This document shows, one piece after another, positions 50,901-62,228 of a stretch of 64,000 bases of DNA (the stretch's first letter is position 1; each line of letters opens with the position of its first letter). This DNA is from Glycera tridactyla (lineage: Eukaryota), in assembly GCA_965644265.1 (NCBI GenBank), contig OZ286470.1:6386001-6450000 (forward strand). The letters run 5' to 3'. A program made the position numbers and the translations under genes. The notes below the pieces were generated by a model. That model was given only the letters and a program-made list of their open reading frames with translations, had not been told where the DNA came from and made no database searches.

Positions 50901-53900
50901 CAAACAGGTTGTTTCAGTGCCTAGTCACATTTCTGCATTATATCCATCTAGTTTTCGTAATGACCATCATTAATGCTTTGTACAATATTTTCCAAAAACT
51001 TATAAAGAGAAAAGATACTCACCAAAATAATATTCCGTCTCTGCATTTATTGTACAAATCTCGTGACTCGGGGTCTAGTGGAAGGTATTTTGTGCAGTCT
51101 GGATCCTCGGCGCAATTTCTGGAAAAAAAATGACATAGTCTAAATTAACATTCTTCAATCTAATGAAAATGAATCTGACTTCAGGAAAAATATCATAAGT
51201 CAATCAGAATACCAAATACCAACACATTATCGTAAAACCTGTCTTAGTAGACTCAAAGACACCCAGAGGGTGCTACATCTGGAAGCTGACATCAATTGTG
51301 ATCGGAAATTTTATTATGGAGTAAGTACACATAGTGTCCTCATCAGGGCTTCAGATCTGCTGTAAGGTCAGTTGGCCAATCAACTAGAAATACCGTGGAC
51401 CGAAACTCAAAATGATGGACCATCTCCTATTATGCCATGGTTGAAGGGGACAAAGAAGCTGGGGGCAGTTGTCCAATAGCAGCGATTTTGTTGGGCCAAA
51501 AAGGCAGAAGTGGGGGTTCAGGCCCAACAACAATCTAGAGCTCTGCCTTAGGGACACTACACTACCATGGTTGTCTTCAAAGTATCGTAAAGTTAGAAAA
51601 CCTGCAATGTAAGTATCAATCAACCATTTTTCTCTAGTTCAGCATAGGAACAATACATAATTCTCAATTTTTCAGACTGGTGACCCTAATGCACTGGTCC
51701 AGCGGTAACAGTAAGGTGGATATACAGTCGAACCTCCCTATAACGATCACCCTCGGTCGCATTCAAAAGTGGTCGTTATAAGGAGGTGGTCGTTTCAGAG
51801 AGGTTCTGATGAAAAATACATTCAGACACGTCTGTGGCAATCAAGTGACTTCTGGCAATGTCACCAACAACGCAATAAATCTTATTCGTTCATCAGATGC
51901 AAAGAGGGAGACCATGGCGGCCATTACTGTAAACATCACAAAGAACCAAGATACCCGGATGTATGAACGAAACTCGCAATCTTTTGAACATGAAGACAAT
52001 TTTAGTGGTTCTAGAAGGTTATCTCTCAATCTGTAAAGATGATTTGAAGAAATATGAAGAACTTTCGTTTGAAATCAAAAATGGTAACGATTTGAGAGCA
52101 GCGAGCAAGTGAGCTGATCTGAGCACATATCACAGTGTCGAGTTTGGCCGGGCGGTCGTTGAAGGAGGGAGACTGGCCTTTACTAGTGCTTGACGGGGGA
52201 AGTGAGCTCATCTGAGCAAGCGGAATCTGAGCAGGTTTCACGGTGTCAAGTTTGGTCTGAAGGTCGCTGGAGGAGGGAGACCGGCCGCTGCTAGCTTGTA
52301 GGCGGGGAAAGTGAGTTCATATGAGGGGGCGAGTAAGCGGAATCTGAGCACATTTCACGGTGTCGACTTTGGCCGGGCGGTCGTTGGAGAAGGGACACCA
52401 GCCTCTGCGAGTGCTTGACGGGGGAAGTGAGCTCATCTGAGGGGCGAGCAAGCGGAATATGAGCAGATTTCACGGTGTCAAGTTTGGTTGGAAGGTCGCT
52501 GGAGGAGGGAGACCGGCCGCTGCTAGTGCTTGGCGGGGGAAGTGAGTTCATCAAAGGGGCGAGCAAGCGAAATCTGAGCAGATTTCCCGATGTCAAGTTT
52601 GGTCGGAAGGTCGCTGGAGGAGGGAGACCGGCCGCTCCTAGAGCTTGGCGGGAGAAGTGAGTTCATCTAAGGGGCGAGCAAGCGGAATCTGAGCAGATTT
52701 CACGGTCTCAAGTACGGCCGGCCGACCGTGAGTGGTCGTTATCAGGGGGTCCGTGAACCAAACATGGCGGTCGCTGGTCGGAGGTTGGAGGTGGTCGCTA
52801 TATGGAAGACAATTATAGTGAAAAATACGTCGGTCGCTGTCAAAGGTGGTCGTTATAAGGAGGTGGTCGCCCTCTGGAGGTGGTCGTTAGAGGAGGTTTG
52901 ACTGTACTGATTGATTAAACGTTCAATGAATTACAGCAATACAGTGCAAAGGGAGATAATTTCCTCCTTGTATTGGATGAGTTCAGGTTTACACATGGAC
53001 CAATACTTCAACAATGTTTGCACAACAGTCACAGAAAAACTAACCATGTCAGGCAAATATGACCCTGAAAACATAACTTGTTTGATTAAAACTGTAGCTG
53101 GAAAACAAGTTATGAGTGCCCACAGTTGATATGCCCGTGCGCTCACTGTATCTAGTACTCAGCTATAGCTATTAGATATGAGATTTGAATGTGTACATGT
53201 ATCACACTATCAGGGGTGTGATTGGCTCGCAACCAGAAACCCTGAAATCCGGAGAAACATTTCACCAAGATTTTGTGGGCTAAGAAACCACCGCAATTGC
53301 TAACTAATGGGTACTATAACTGCATATAAACTTTGCGCTCTATCTCCACTAATTCTGGTGTGATTTTCATGATCTAAAATACAAATTAACCAGCATACAA
53401 TGCTCTTTTCTGTATGGATTGCTGCTTCTCTGATGACAACCCCCCCCCCCCAAAAAAAAATAAATAAAAAATAAATAATCTGCCTATAGGCGGAACAATC
53501 ACATCCAGGCACTATGGATATGGATGCCAGGGTTAAATTGTGCATAAACCACCCAAGCTTCAGATTTATTTGCAGTTTAGTGGGCTCATATGGCCCATGC
53601 ATTAGATAACTCATAGGTTAATTTACTGGAGTAGAATAGAAGGAATGTGGTAATTCTAACCATTGGGAGAGTTGGCAAAAATACCGGCAGATATGACTGG
53701 ATGAACAAGGAGCTGGAGATAGGACCTGACATTCCTAAATATCATGTAGACATGTGCATGGGCATTTGCCACATGTAGGTTGATGATGGCGTTTACTAGA
53801 AAATATTTCAAAAGTGGTTCACTCAATAATGATTGTGAGCAATCCCTTGCTGATTTAGGGGGATTGTGGCTCCCAATCGGGATGAAAAGGGGACCATACT

Positions 53901-56900
53901 TGAACAGATGTGTCAAATGCCCCCCCCCCCCCCCCCTCCGAAGCAACCCAGCGATAAGTGCCTTCAAAAAGTTGTCTTTCAACACAAGTAGTCTGTAGTG
54001 CTTTGATGACAACCCAATTAAATCAATTATTGCAGCATTGAGAGGTCCTATTCAATTAATAGATCTTCAAATATGGGTGTTAAGTTGATTCTAAGGCAAA
54101 CTTTGGGCACTGTGAGGTCAGCCAGGTGAGTCTCAACTGATTCTTTGATCGATCATCACACGTGTTTATAAATCATGACTTCTGCAACCGAGTCCGAGCA
54201 CCAATAGTCTTTCATCAAGAGTTCCTATTTCATAAATACTTCTTCCCTGAGGCGATTGGTTGTAGTTTAGACTATTCACACAAGTACAGTTAATGTGGAA
54301 TTTCAGTGATGTAATATGAAATAGTAATCTTGCGATTAATTATTATGCACACATGAACTCCTGCTGCCACATGGCAAGAAAGTTGAAGGTCAAAGGGGTC
54401 AAGGTCAAGGCTATGAATGTGTGAGATAGCAATAGTATCACCTGCCACCAGAATAGACACTTCAACCAACTGGAACCAGCAATCAAGAAAAAATTCCAAA
54501 AGAAAATACACACACATGGGAGAGCAACACACAAAAGTTTTGGAAAAAATAACAAAACAACAAAGAATCCAAGTTGTTCCTCATGAAAATGAAATAAAAG
54601 GTAAGACAAAACAACTTCAGAATCCTGAACTCTTGAATACCTAACCTCATCCGTACTTTTGACCAGATAAAGCTAACATTCATTTGATGGTCATCATCTT
54701 AATAGACAATATTCTGCACACTGTTTCTATTGTACGGCACATGACTTATAAGCCAGTAAGTTTGATTGTGAAGTGGCTATATTAAATGCAATGCAGAATT
54801 TTGCATGAGAGTGGCATCCTTCTAGGATGAAGAGCTTTAACAAAATCAATTTACTTTTAGCAATTCCAAAAGGACCGCATTGAATCAGATGACCAAAATG
54901 AAATCAAATATTGGCATTCAACCTCCATTGCATTTTTCATCAATACAAATGAATCTGGAGAATGTTCATCCACAGTGAACCACCACCAACATCTCCACCA
55001 CCCGCATCCACATCCACACCCACACCACCACCTGCAACCCCACCACCACCACCCGCACCACCTCCATTGTGCCATCAAATTATTCTAGCAAGTAATTTTT
55101 TCTTTAACATTTGATTTCACTGATTAGCAATAGCTAATCCATAAGGGGAAGCCTATGGTATAAATGCTATTTGGAGTCAAGGGCTGAACATGGAACCCCG
55201 ACAACGTCACAAACTGGTGCCAAGTTTCAGCGAAATGCCACGGAGTCAAGGGGATAGTGATGAAAGACTACACTCCATGATTGGTTGAAATAAATCAGAT
55301 TGCCTAGTAAAATATTGACAATTTATGTGATCACATATGTTGTTCAACAGACAGTGACTGTCCAGGGAATAGCTCTGAACACGGGATCCCTCATTTACTT
55401 AAAACAGGGATGAAACCAAAATAGGCCATCAGCGTAACAAGAATTACGAATATACTATATAGCTGACTCAAATGTCTCAACAAGTTTATTCACAAGGGTT
55501 TGAGAAATTTTCTTATCATACTCATAAAAGTCGTCTATTCTTCAGGATATGCAGTTGAACCTGTCCTAAGTAGCCACCCATCAGCTGGGCCAAAAATTGG
55601 CTGCTCAAGGCAGGTAGCCACTTAGGACAGGTTTGACTGTATTTTGTAACTGGTTTCAACCAATCATTGCATGGATTGACATGACAGAATATTGCTAGTG
55701 TGAATGCAGCCAGCCCCTGACAGTGAACAAGACACAGGATGTGGGACGAAATACATAATGCCATTCACTGAAGACAGGAGTGTATATCTCTAAGGAAGGG
55801 CAGCAAAAGTATCAGATGTTAACGGACATTCAATCTGCCCTGTCAGAAATCATTACTTGAAGCCATCGCCCCAGAAGTCTCACAGAATACCAAGGAAACA
55901 CTGTGTAACATGCACAAGTNNNNNNNNNNNNNNNNNNNNNNNNNNNNNNNNNNNNNNNNNNNNNNNNNNNNNNNNNNNNNNNNNNNNNNNNNNNNNNNNN
56001 NNNNNNNNNNNNNNNNNNNNNNNNNNNNNNNNNNNNNNNNNNNNNNNNNNNNNNNNNNNGCCTGTGGTAGAACCATGTAGGAAGACCACCGGCATTATAT
56101 TCACTTTATATGTAAACAAGGCATAAATGCACAAATGGCACGCATGTGCGCCGCTAATTCATCCAAGCAGCTGAATCTAGCAAGCATAATCTTTTGCTCC
56201 AAGCATTCTCAAGTAATTGCAGTAACAAGGTCATGACCTGGGAGATGGAGATCAAGGTCACTCACCATTTTATGGGCTTCTTTTGCTTTCAATTGTGCAT
56301 ATGTGGTGTAAATCTGGTGAATGTAGCTCCAAGTGTTCTCATGTCATTGGAGTAACAAAGTATTTTTAATGGCAAGGTCATGACCTTGAAGGTGAAGGAT
56401 GAGGTCAACCACATTTGATGGGATTATCCCCATTCATTGGTACATATCTGGCAGAAATTTGATGGATGTAGCTTGAAGTTTTCAAAGTCAAGGTCATGAC
56501 CTGAAAGATGAAGGTCAAGGTCACTGACATTTGATAGGCTTCTTTTGCTTCCAGTGGTGCATATATGGTGTAAATCTGGTGAATGTAGCTCCAAGCGTTC
56601 TCATGTTATTGGAGTAACAAATTATTTTGAATGTCAAGGTCATGACCTTGAAGGTGAAAGTCGAGGTCAACCACATCCGATGGGATTGTCCCCCATTCAT
56701 TGGTACATATCTGGCAGAAATTTGATGGATGTAGCTTGAAGTTTTCAAAGTCAAGGTCATGACCTTGAAAATGAAGGTCAAGGTCACAGGCATCTGATAG
56801 GCTCCTTCCGCCCTTGCCATTGCCCCTCTCACTGTCCTAGCCCCCCCCCCCTCCAACCCAGGTGCAATCAATCCTGCTACAACTGCCACCGCCCCCCCCC

Positions 56901-59900
56901 CCCCCCCACCCCATCCTGTGCCACTCGCTGCTGCCCCACCCCCTGCCCTTCCCACCACAGTTTAATCAAGAGATCAGACAGCTCTGCTGATATGTGAAAG
57001 ACTCCACTTGGTGCAAAGACAGTTATATAACCGAGGACGAAATGCGACAAGGCTCCATTCAGAGGACCGGCAGTGTCATTACATAACAGCCTCGGTAATA
57101 GACATCATATGGTCCACTCTTTCCTATTCTGCTGGTAAAAAGTTGCTTTAAAATTCAGGATTCCAGCCTGAATAACTCATCTTCCATGATAGTCATTGGA
57201 ACAATATTGATACCCAGTATTCTGCCGCTCATGATCTTTATGATTGCGAAATTTCAGAAATATTGCTTGATTAGTTACAGAGTAGTAGCTCAAAGAAAAA
57301 CTTTAACCAAAAACTTTAACCAGGAAGTTTACGCCACACGGCCAAACGGCCGGACGGCCGGACGGCCGGACAGACGGAATCTGCGCCATTACATAGACAC
57401 GCATTTTGCTCCGCATGCGTGCCAATAAAATATTCAATCAGGGTTCCCACACTTTTGGACAAATGAAATTCAAGGGCTTTTAAGGGCTAAAATGTACATT
57501 TTTCAAGGGCTATGTCGGCCCACTCCGCGGGCTTTTTCACATCAAATGGTAGAAAATCACTGAATGGCTTATAGTTATCAATTTCTTGTGTGCTATCTCA
57601 CTGGTTTTCGAAGTTATTGCTGCAAGCTGCGATGAAAGCCCACAATGAGGAGAGCAGCCAGCCCTCCTTCAGGAATCTGGCACACTGGAGCGATTTATCT
57701 TTGGTCTACTATGCTTGCATTGATAGCTCAGCAATCTGGCCAAAACACCATCGAACACAGAGGCATCTGGCGACAGTTTATTGAATCGCCTTCCCCAGGA
57801 GTTCCCCATCACCATATTTGGTTGATGTTTCATATCTGTATGTACTTCTGCTTCATATCTAACGGCAGATCGGGCGATATTTCACTGAATAAACGTCTAA
57901 TGAAGACGCGAGAAGCAATGTATCACCAAGGCTCGAAAAAGGAAACCCCTCATTAACATAATTTATGCCAGAATGGGCTATTTTTAGATGCTCATTGAGC
58001 AATCGCTGCACGTGCTTTCTAACATGGCCATATAACGAATAGAAAAGTGTCTGTCACAGAGGCTGGTCGAATGGGGCGGCCCGCTCACCATGTTACTCCC
58101 CAGAGACGTTCTTTATTTGTCATGTATCCCCGTGGTCGTAAAATGACACTGCAGCCATTGCTTGAATGTATGTGTTTCATTTCCGATTACGCGATTGAAC
58201 AGCTGTGATTGAACAGTCATCAAGGCGCCGATTTCGTCGAGTTTCATGCAATTTTCCCGGGATTTCAAAGGTTTTCCCGGGCATTTTAGCAAAATCCTGG
58301 GCTTTTCCCGACCGGGAACGCCGATTCACAGGCTTTTCCCGGTTTTCCAGGCGTGTGGGAACCCTGTTTAATGCTCCATACGTTCAAGTCTATCTTCTAA
58401 TACCATCAGTGTTGGCTCTGAGGTATGGCTGAAGGGAGACATTTGTCTCGCCACTATTCAAAATATGAGACAATTCACACAAATATGGAACAAGTGCTTG
58501 CTCTGAGGTGGGACTGAAGAGAGACATTTGTCTCACTACTTCATAAAATGTAAGACATCACACTTGTCTCACAGTCTCACCTGATATCAAACACTGTACC
58601 ATACCAGACTATTTCTCTGGACCGAGTTAACTGTATACCATTCACTTCACAGAGGTGAAACCAGCTTTAATTGATGTTCTACAAGATCTCCAGCCTCCGA
58701 AAATCCATTCCCCACAAGTCGTCATTCCAGTTACATAACATAATGAAATGCTAGTCTGTTCACTAATCAATATTCAATTAACATCAACTCAATTTAGTCA
58801 TCAACTTTTCATAGGAAATTATCATTTGAATACAAAGAAGAAGTGAAAAGGAAATGAAGGTGAGGACAAGGTAACATACTGTGAATATTTGGTTTGAACA
58901 TTTTTCCTTACATTCCCTGTTCATGCCAGAAGGGAGCTCAAAACAGGGAATGAAAATAGGAAAATTGGGGATTTTGTGCATATGGATGACAAGGATGCTA
59001 TTTCGATACCACATCAATAAATGAATGACCTTCTCCTTATTCATGCTAATTATCAATATGACACGGTTTATATCTTCAAGATGAAATATTGTTTGACATT
59101 ACATGATTCAATTCAGAAACAGAATACTCTTAGGAGCAACAAATGATGACAAATTCCTTGAAATGAATACAGCGTGGAATCAATTTCCACTAGAAAATGA
59201 CCCAATAATGGATAATCAAATGTGGGGTGAACAAACAAACTCTAAGGAATATACTCAATGAAAACAGGGGACTGGTCAAGAATGCATGAAAACTATCAAT
59301 CTCAAATAATTCATACTCGTGAGCTCAATTTTCATAACATACCTAACTGTGACCACCAGGTAAACAGAGGGCAAACAAAGGTGAATAGAGGGGTCACTGG
59401 TGAATGTTCTTACCTATCCTGCAATCTGTGGATCATTTAGAGAGAGTGTTAAACCACACAAAACCACCTCAATGTCACACCATCATCCAAAATCACCACA
59501 AAATATAGTATCATTAGAAGTATTTCATACAGTTCTCTCCGCTATTGAACCCAGATATGTTTTTCTCCTTTTTTTCAAGTGATAATATAATGCAATTGAC
59601 TAGAACAAAAAGTTATAACGGTTGAACAACCTTTTTCAAAACCATCCCTAGACCTGAAACATGAAATTTTGATTGGCAGAATCCCACGAGAGACACTATA
59701 GAGGGATTTAGTACAACACATGAATGGCATTTTTCAATGCACAGGTTCCCTCTATGGATTAGCGCTTCAGCTTTAGCTAACTTATCAAGACAAATGCTAA
59801 AGAAGAATTAGATTTGCTAAAGTAATTTTCAATCCTGATGTCAGAAAGGTGTTGTGCAGGTTTATTGTGGATGAATTTTTTTCCTGATTCCATTTGTTTT

Positions 59901-62228
59901 GGTGAAAGAAATGTGATAGAAATTGACTTGGAATAAGAATGTCATTAGTTCTTCCTTATGGTGAACTTATTTAATGAAATGCTTCCTGAATTGCTCAAAT
60001 TATTTCCATTTTGCTAAAATCATTCGCTAAAAGGTATTCCACCCTAGAGGGAACCCAGATGCAGATGTTAGAAATGATTCCCGAAGAATGTCAAAAGGGT
60101 GCTTTCAACTACACTCACTCATGGGACGCTGTAGAGATGGTGGGCAAACTCTCCTGTGCTGGAGGTCAGATAAAACAATCACCTTCAAGGTCACACTCAA
60201 AACAGAAAATCAATTTGAGATTTCTTTCTGTTACAGCTCAGAAATAATCAGTGCCAAGACGACCATCCAACCGGGAAGCAGGCAATATGATAGTAATTTG
60301 CACAATCTAACATCCTGACAGGCGCGCAAGTTTCGGAAAAAAATCAAAATGACACCTGTCAGTTGCGAGATTGAATGTCATCCTCACAACAGAGACATGA
60401 CCATGAAAGTGTTTTGTTTACAAAGTCAAACAACTCTGACACAAAGAATGAGAGCCTTTTTACCTGTTCATACTGTTGGTGTGTAAACATAACATACTTC
60501 AGTCAACTCCACGATAATGCTACAAATATTTCATCAAATCCCATAGAAATATGACCCGTTTCTGAAAGCCCAGTCATCATTGAAATGGAGTGGTTTCAGA
60601 GCTTCAGATTTTCTGTCAGGTTAGTGGACCCATGTGGCCATGAATTATAACTACCATGGGCCCTAACTTAAAATGTTGGGCCATCTCCTATTTATCAGTA
60701 GTTGATAGGGACATAAAAGCTGGGCCAGTGGACACATAATTGGCAATATCGATGGGGTAAAAAGGCGAAAATGGGGGGGGGGGGGGGGGCGAGGGACTGG
60801 GCTCACCAACAATGTAAAGCTCTGTGGTCTAGTTGAATAACATTATTGATAACTTTCTGAACAGTGTTTATGGATTTCGGTCGTTTGTGAATGCATATCT
60901 CGCATTTTTCTTCCAGATGATATGATGAGCCATGGAGGGAGCCCTGGATTCAACAGTTCATTGAGGGGGGGGGGGGGGGGGGGCTACTTTCTGATCCATT
61001 ATTTCAAAATGCCGGACTATCAGTGGACTAGGGCTGGGACGGAACACTTTGGTCACGATACGAAACATTTCTAGAGACACACGAAATGGATGACGAAACG
61101 AAATGCCATGCAACCCTCTTTCAGGAGTCTGGCATGGTCCTCCAGGTTGCGAGTGACATGAGCAAGTCACCCATATTTTGGTGGCCTTGAAATACTGCCA
61201 ATTGCTTTCGAATATAAAGACATTTCTGGTAAAAGTTCATCAAATCTCCATCATTTGGGCTCTCCGCAATGATTTTTTTTAAACAAGATGCATTTTCTGT
61301 ATCAATCGGCATTTGCGAGTATTCATCAGCCATGTTTCTTTGTATTTCGAAACACTTCGAAACACTCCTGCTAGTTTTGAAACGATTGTTTCTTTTGCAA
61401 ACGATAGATATTATCGAAATTTCGGTGAATCATCCCACCCTTACAGTGGACCTAATGTATTAACAGCCAGATTCTAAACTCTCACATGCACATCAGTATT
61501 CTTTGTTACTGGCAAATTATCTCTGATGAGAAGTCACTCAAAATGTGTTGGTTTCAAGTTCGATGTGGTGGTACAGTGGGACCTGTAACGAGAGACCCCC
61601 TGACGAGCAACCATCGTGGCATCTTTCTTATTTTAGAAAGTCAATAATTGACGAAATATCAAATATACTTCTGATGAGAGACCACCTGTTTTGAAAGACC
61701 GCTTTCTGGTGACATTTAGGGTGGTATCTTGTAACAGGTTTCACTATAGTAGCTCTATGCAAGTTTGTCCCTCTTCTGAACTATTTACACTCATGGATTT
61801 AGAAGACATTGACAATATTCAAACCCCCCAAAATACCTGGACCTATCAAAAGGTAAAGGATGAAATAATGAGTATTTAACTGCAAGGTGCATTCCAAGTG
61901 CCTGAATCATTGAATTCATGTAATCCAAGTTTGCCAAGCAGTACTCATATCCTGTTAAATGAATGCTACGCCCCCAGCATGTACTGAAATCCTAGGTGGT
62001 TTCCTGTTGGCGTTCTCTGGTGTCAGAAAGTGGTCACTAGTTTTCTTTTCACTCTCACCTGTTGATCCAGTTTGAGAAGGCCACTTGTTCTTCTTTTCGG
62101 ACGGTATGTGTCGTGCCCTCACTCGAGGCGTAGGTCATTCCTCCGTGAGTTTCTATATCGTCACGTTTTGTTACGACCTTTTTGAATGCATGTCCTAAGT
62201 CTTTGTCAGCCTTCACCCGTGCGCATAA
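41744..62228 (-). CDS. PLS3: Plastin/fimbrin actin-bundling protein, 5'-partial: 10 exons, 549 aa, four CH domains; co-orthologous to PLS1/LCP1/PLS3
   Basis: join(62228-62059, 51118-51023, 50818-50611, 50035-49775, 46483-46273, 45566-45390, 45084-44983, 43624-43515, 42978-42835, 41914-41744) = 1650 nt, in frame. Hallmark motifs [62 protein letters not shown]. Confidence 0.97.
42835..42978 (-). CDS. PLS3: Plastin exon (CH4)
   Basis: [15 protein letters not shown]...[13 protein letters not shown]|GTGTGT. Confidence 0.94.
43515..43624 (-). CDS. PLS3: Plastin exon
   Basis: [18 protein letters not shown]...IVWANDK|GTAAGT. Confidence 0.95.
43725..43847. mobile_element. 123-bp MITE with 6-bp TSD CAAGTG
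   Basis: CAGTCTTC...GAAGACTG ends; CAAGTG at 43719-43724 and 43848-43853; longer decayed relative at about 32438-32850. Confidence 0.85.
44983..45084 (-). CDS. PLS3: Plastin exon
   Basis: [35 protein letters not shown]|GTGAGT. Confidence 0.95.
45260..45342. repeat. (CA)n/(GCAC)n microsatellite
   Basis: Direct reading. Confidence 0.9.
45390..45566 (-). CDS. PLS3: Plastin exon (CH3)
   Basis: [24 protein letters not shown]...MEKI G|GTGAGT. Confidence 0.96.
46273..46483 (-). CDS. PLS3: Plastin exon
   Basis: [24 protein letters not shown]...ETREEK A|GTAAGC. Confidence 0.96.
47411..48100. repeat. 147-bp tandem array (diverged units extend back to about 46820)
   Basis: CAGGCCTGTTGGGAGA at 47411, 47558, 47705, 47852 and 47999. 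Confidence 0.95.
48381..48557. mobile_element. pogo/Tigger-like MITE (family A), TA duplication confirmed by an empty site
   Basis: Filled site GAAGTA[MITE]TATATGC versus empty site GAAGTATATGC in the sister repeat near 48748-48758. Confidence 0.92.
48769..49266. mobile_element. CAG(A/T)GTTGCATC-family element with 6-bp TSD CAAATA
   Basis: 16-bp TIR with two mismatches; CAAATA at 48763-48768 and 49267-49272. Confidence 0.82.
49775..50035 (-). CDS. PLS3: Plastin exon (CH2)
   Basis: IGLLSDINL...STHAEH|GTGAGT, 87 codons. Confidence 0.95.
50611..50818 (-). CDS. PLS3: Plastin exon (CH1)
   Basis: [14 protein letters not shown]...LGLLWQIIR|GTAAGT. Confidence 0.96.
51023..51118 (-). CDS. PLS3: Plastin exon
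   Basis: TTCCAG|[34 protein letters not shown]|GTGAGT. Confidence 0.93.
51725..52904. mobile_element. 1.18-kb non-autonomous pogo/Tigger-like element with an internal ~115-bp array
   Basis: TA flanks; TIR CAGTC(G/A)AACCTCC; subterminal GGTGGTCGTTAT motifs like family C; repeats at about 52100-52720. Confidence 0.88.
55552..55639. mobile_element. 88-bp mini-MITE (pogo/Tigger-like)
   Basis: TIR CAGT(TG/CA)AACCTGTCCTAAGT, about 20 bp. Confidence 0.75.
56113..57428 (-). mobile_element. HINE/DINE-1-like element with TGACCTTG core repeats (263-bp higher-order unit)
   Basis: Perfect 11-bp subterminal inverted repeat TGGCACGCATG (56136-56146 and 57414-57424); (GGCCGGAC)n microsatellite; GATGGATGTA at 56461 and 56724. 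Confidence 0.72.
57439..58366. mobile_element. CAGGGTTCCCAC-family element (928 bp), inverted relative to 29013-29659
   Basis: Perfect 12-bp TIR; flanks TTCAAT/TTTAAT; about 280 bp and 80 bp of terminal homology to the first copy. Confidence 0.85.
61574..61746. mobile_element. pogo/Tigger-like MITE (family B, degenerate)
   Basis: TA|CAGTG start, ACAGGTTTCACT end, GAGAGACCACCTG interior. Confidence 0.7.
62059..62228 (-). CDS. PLS3: Plastin exon (linker to start of CH1)
   Basis: TTGTAG|[58 protein letters not shown]|GTGAG. Not in the ORF track. Confidence 0.93.
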
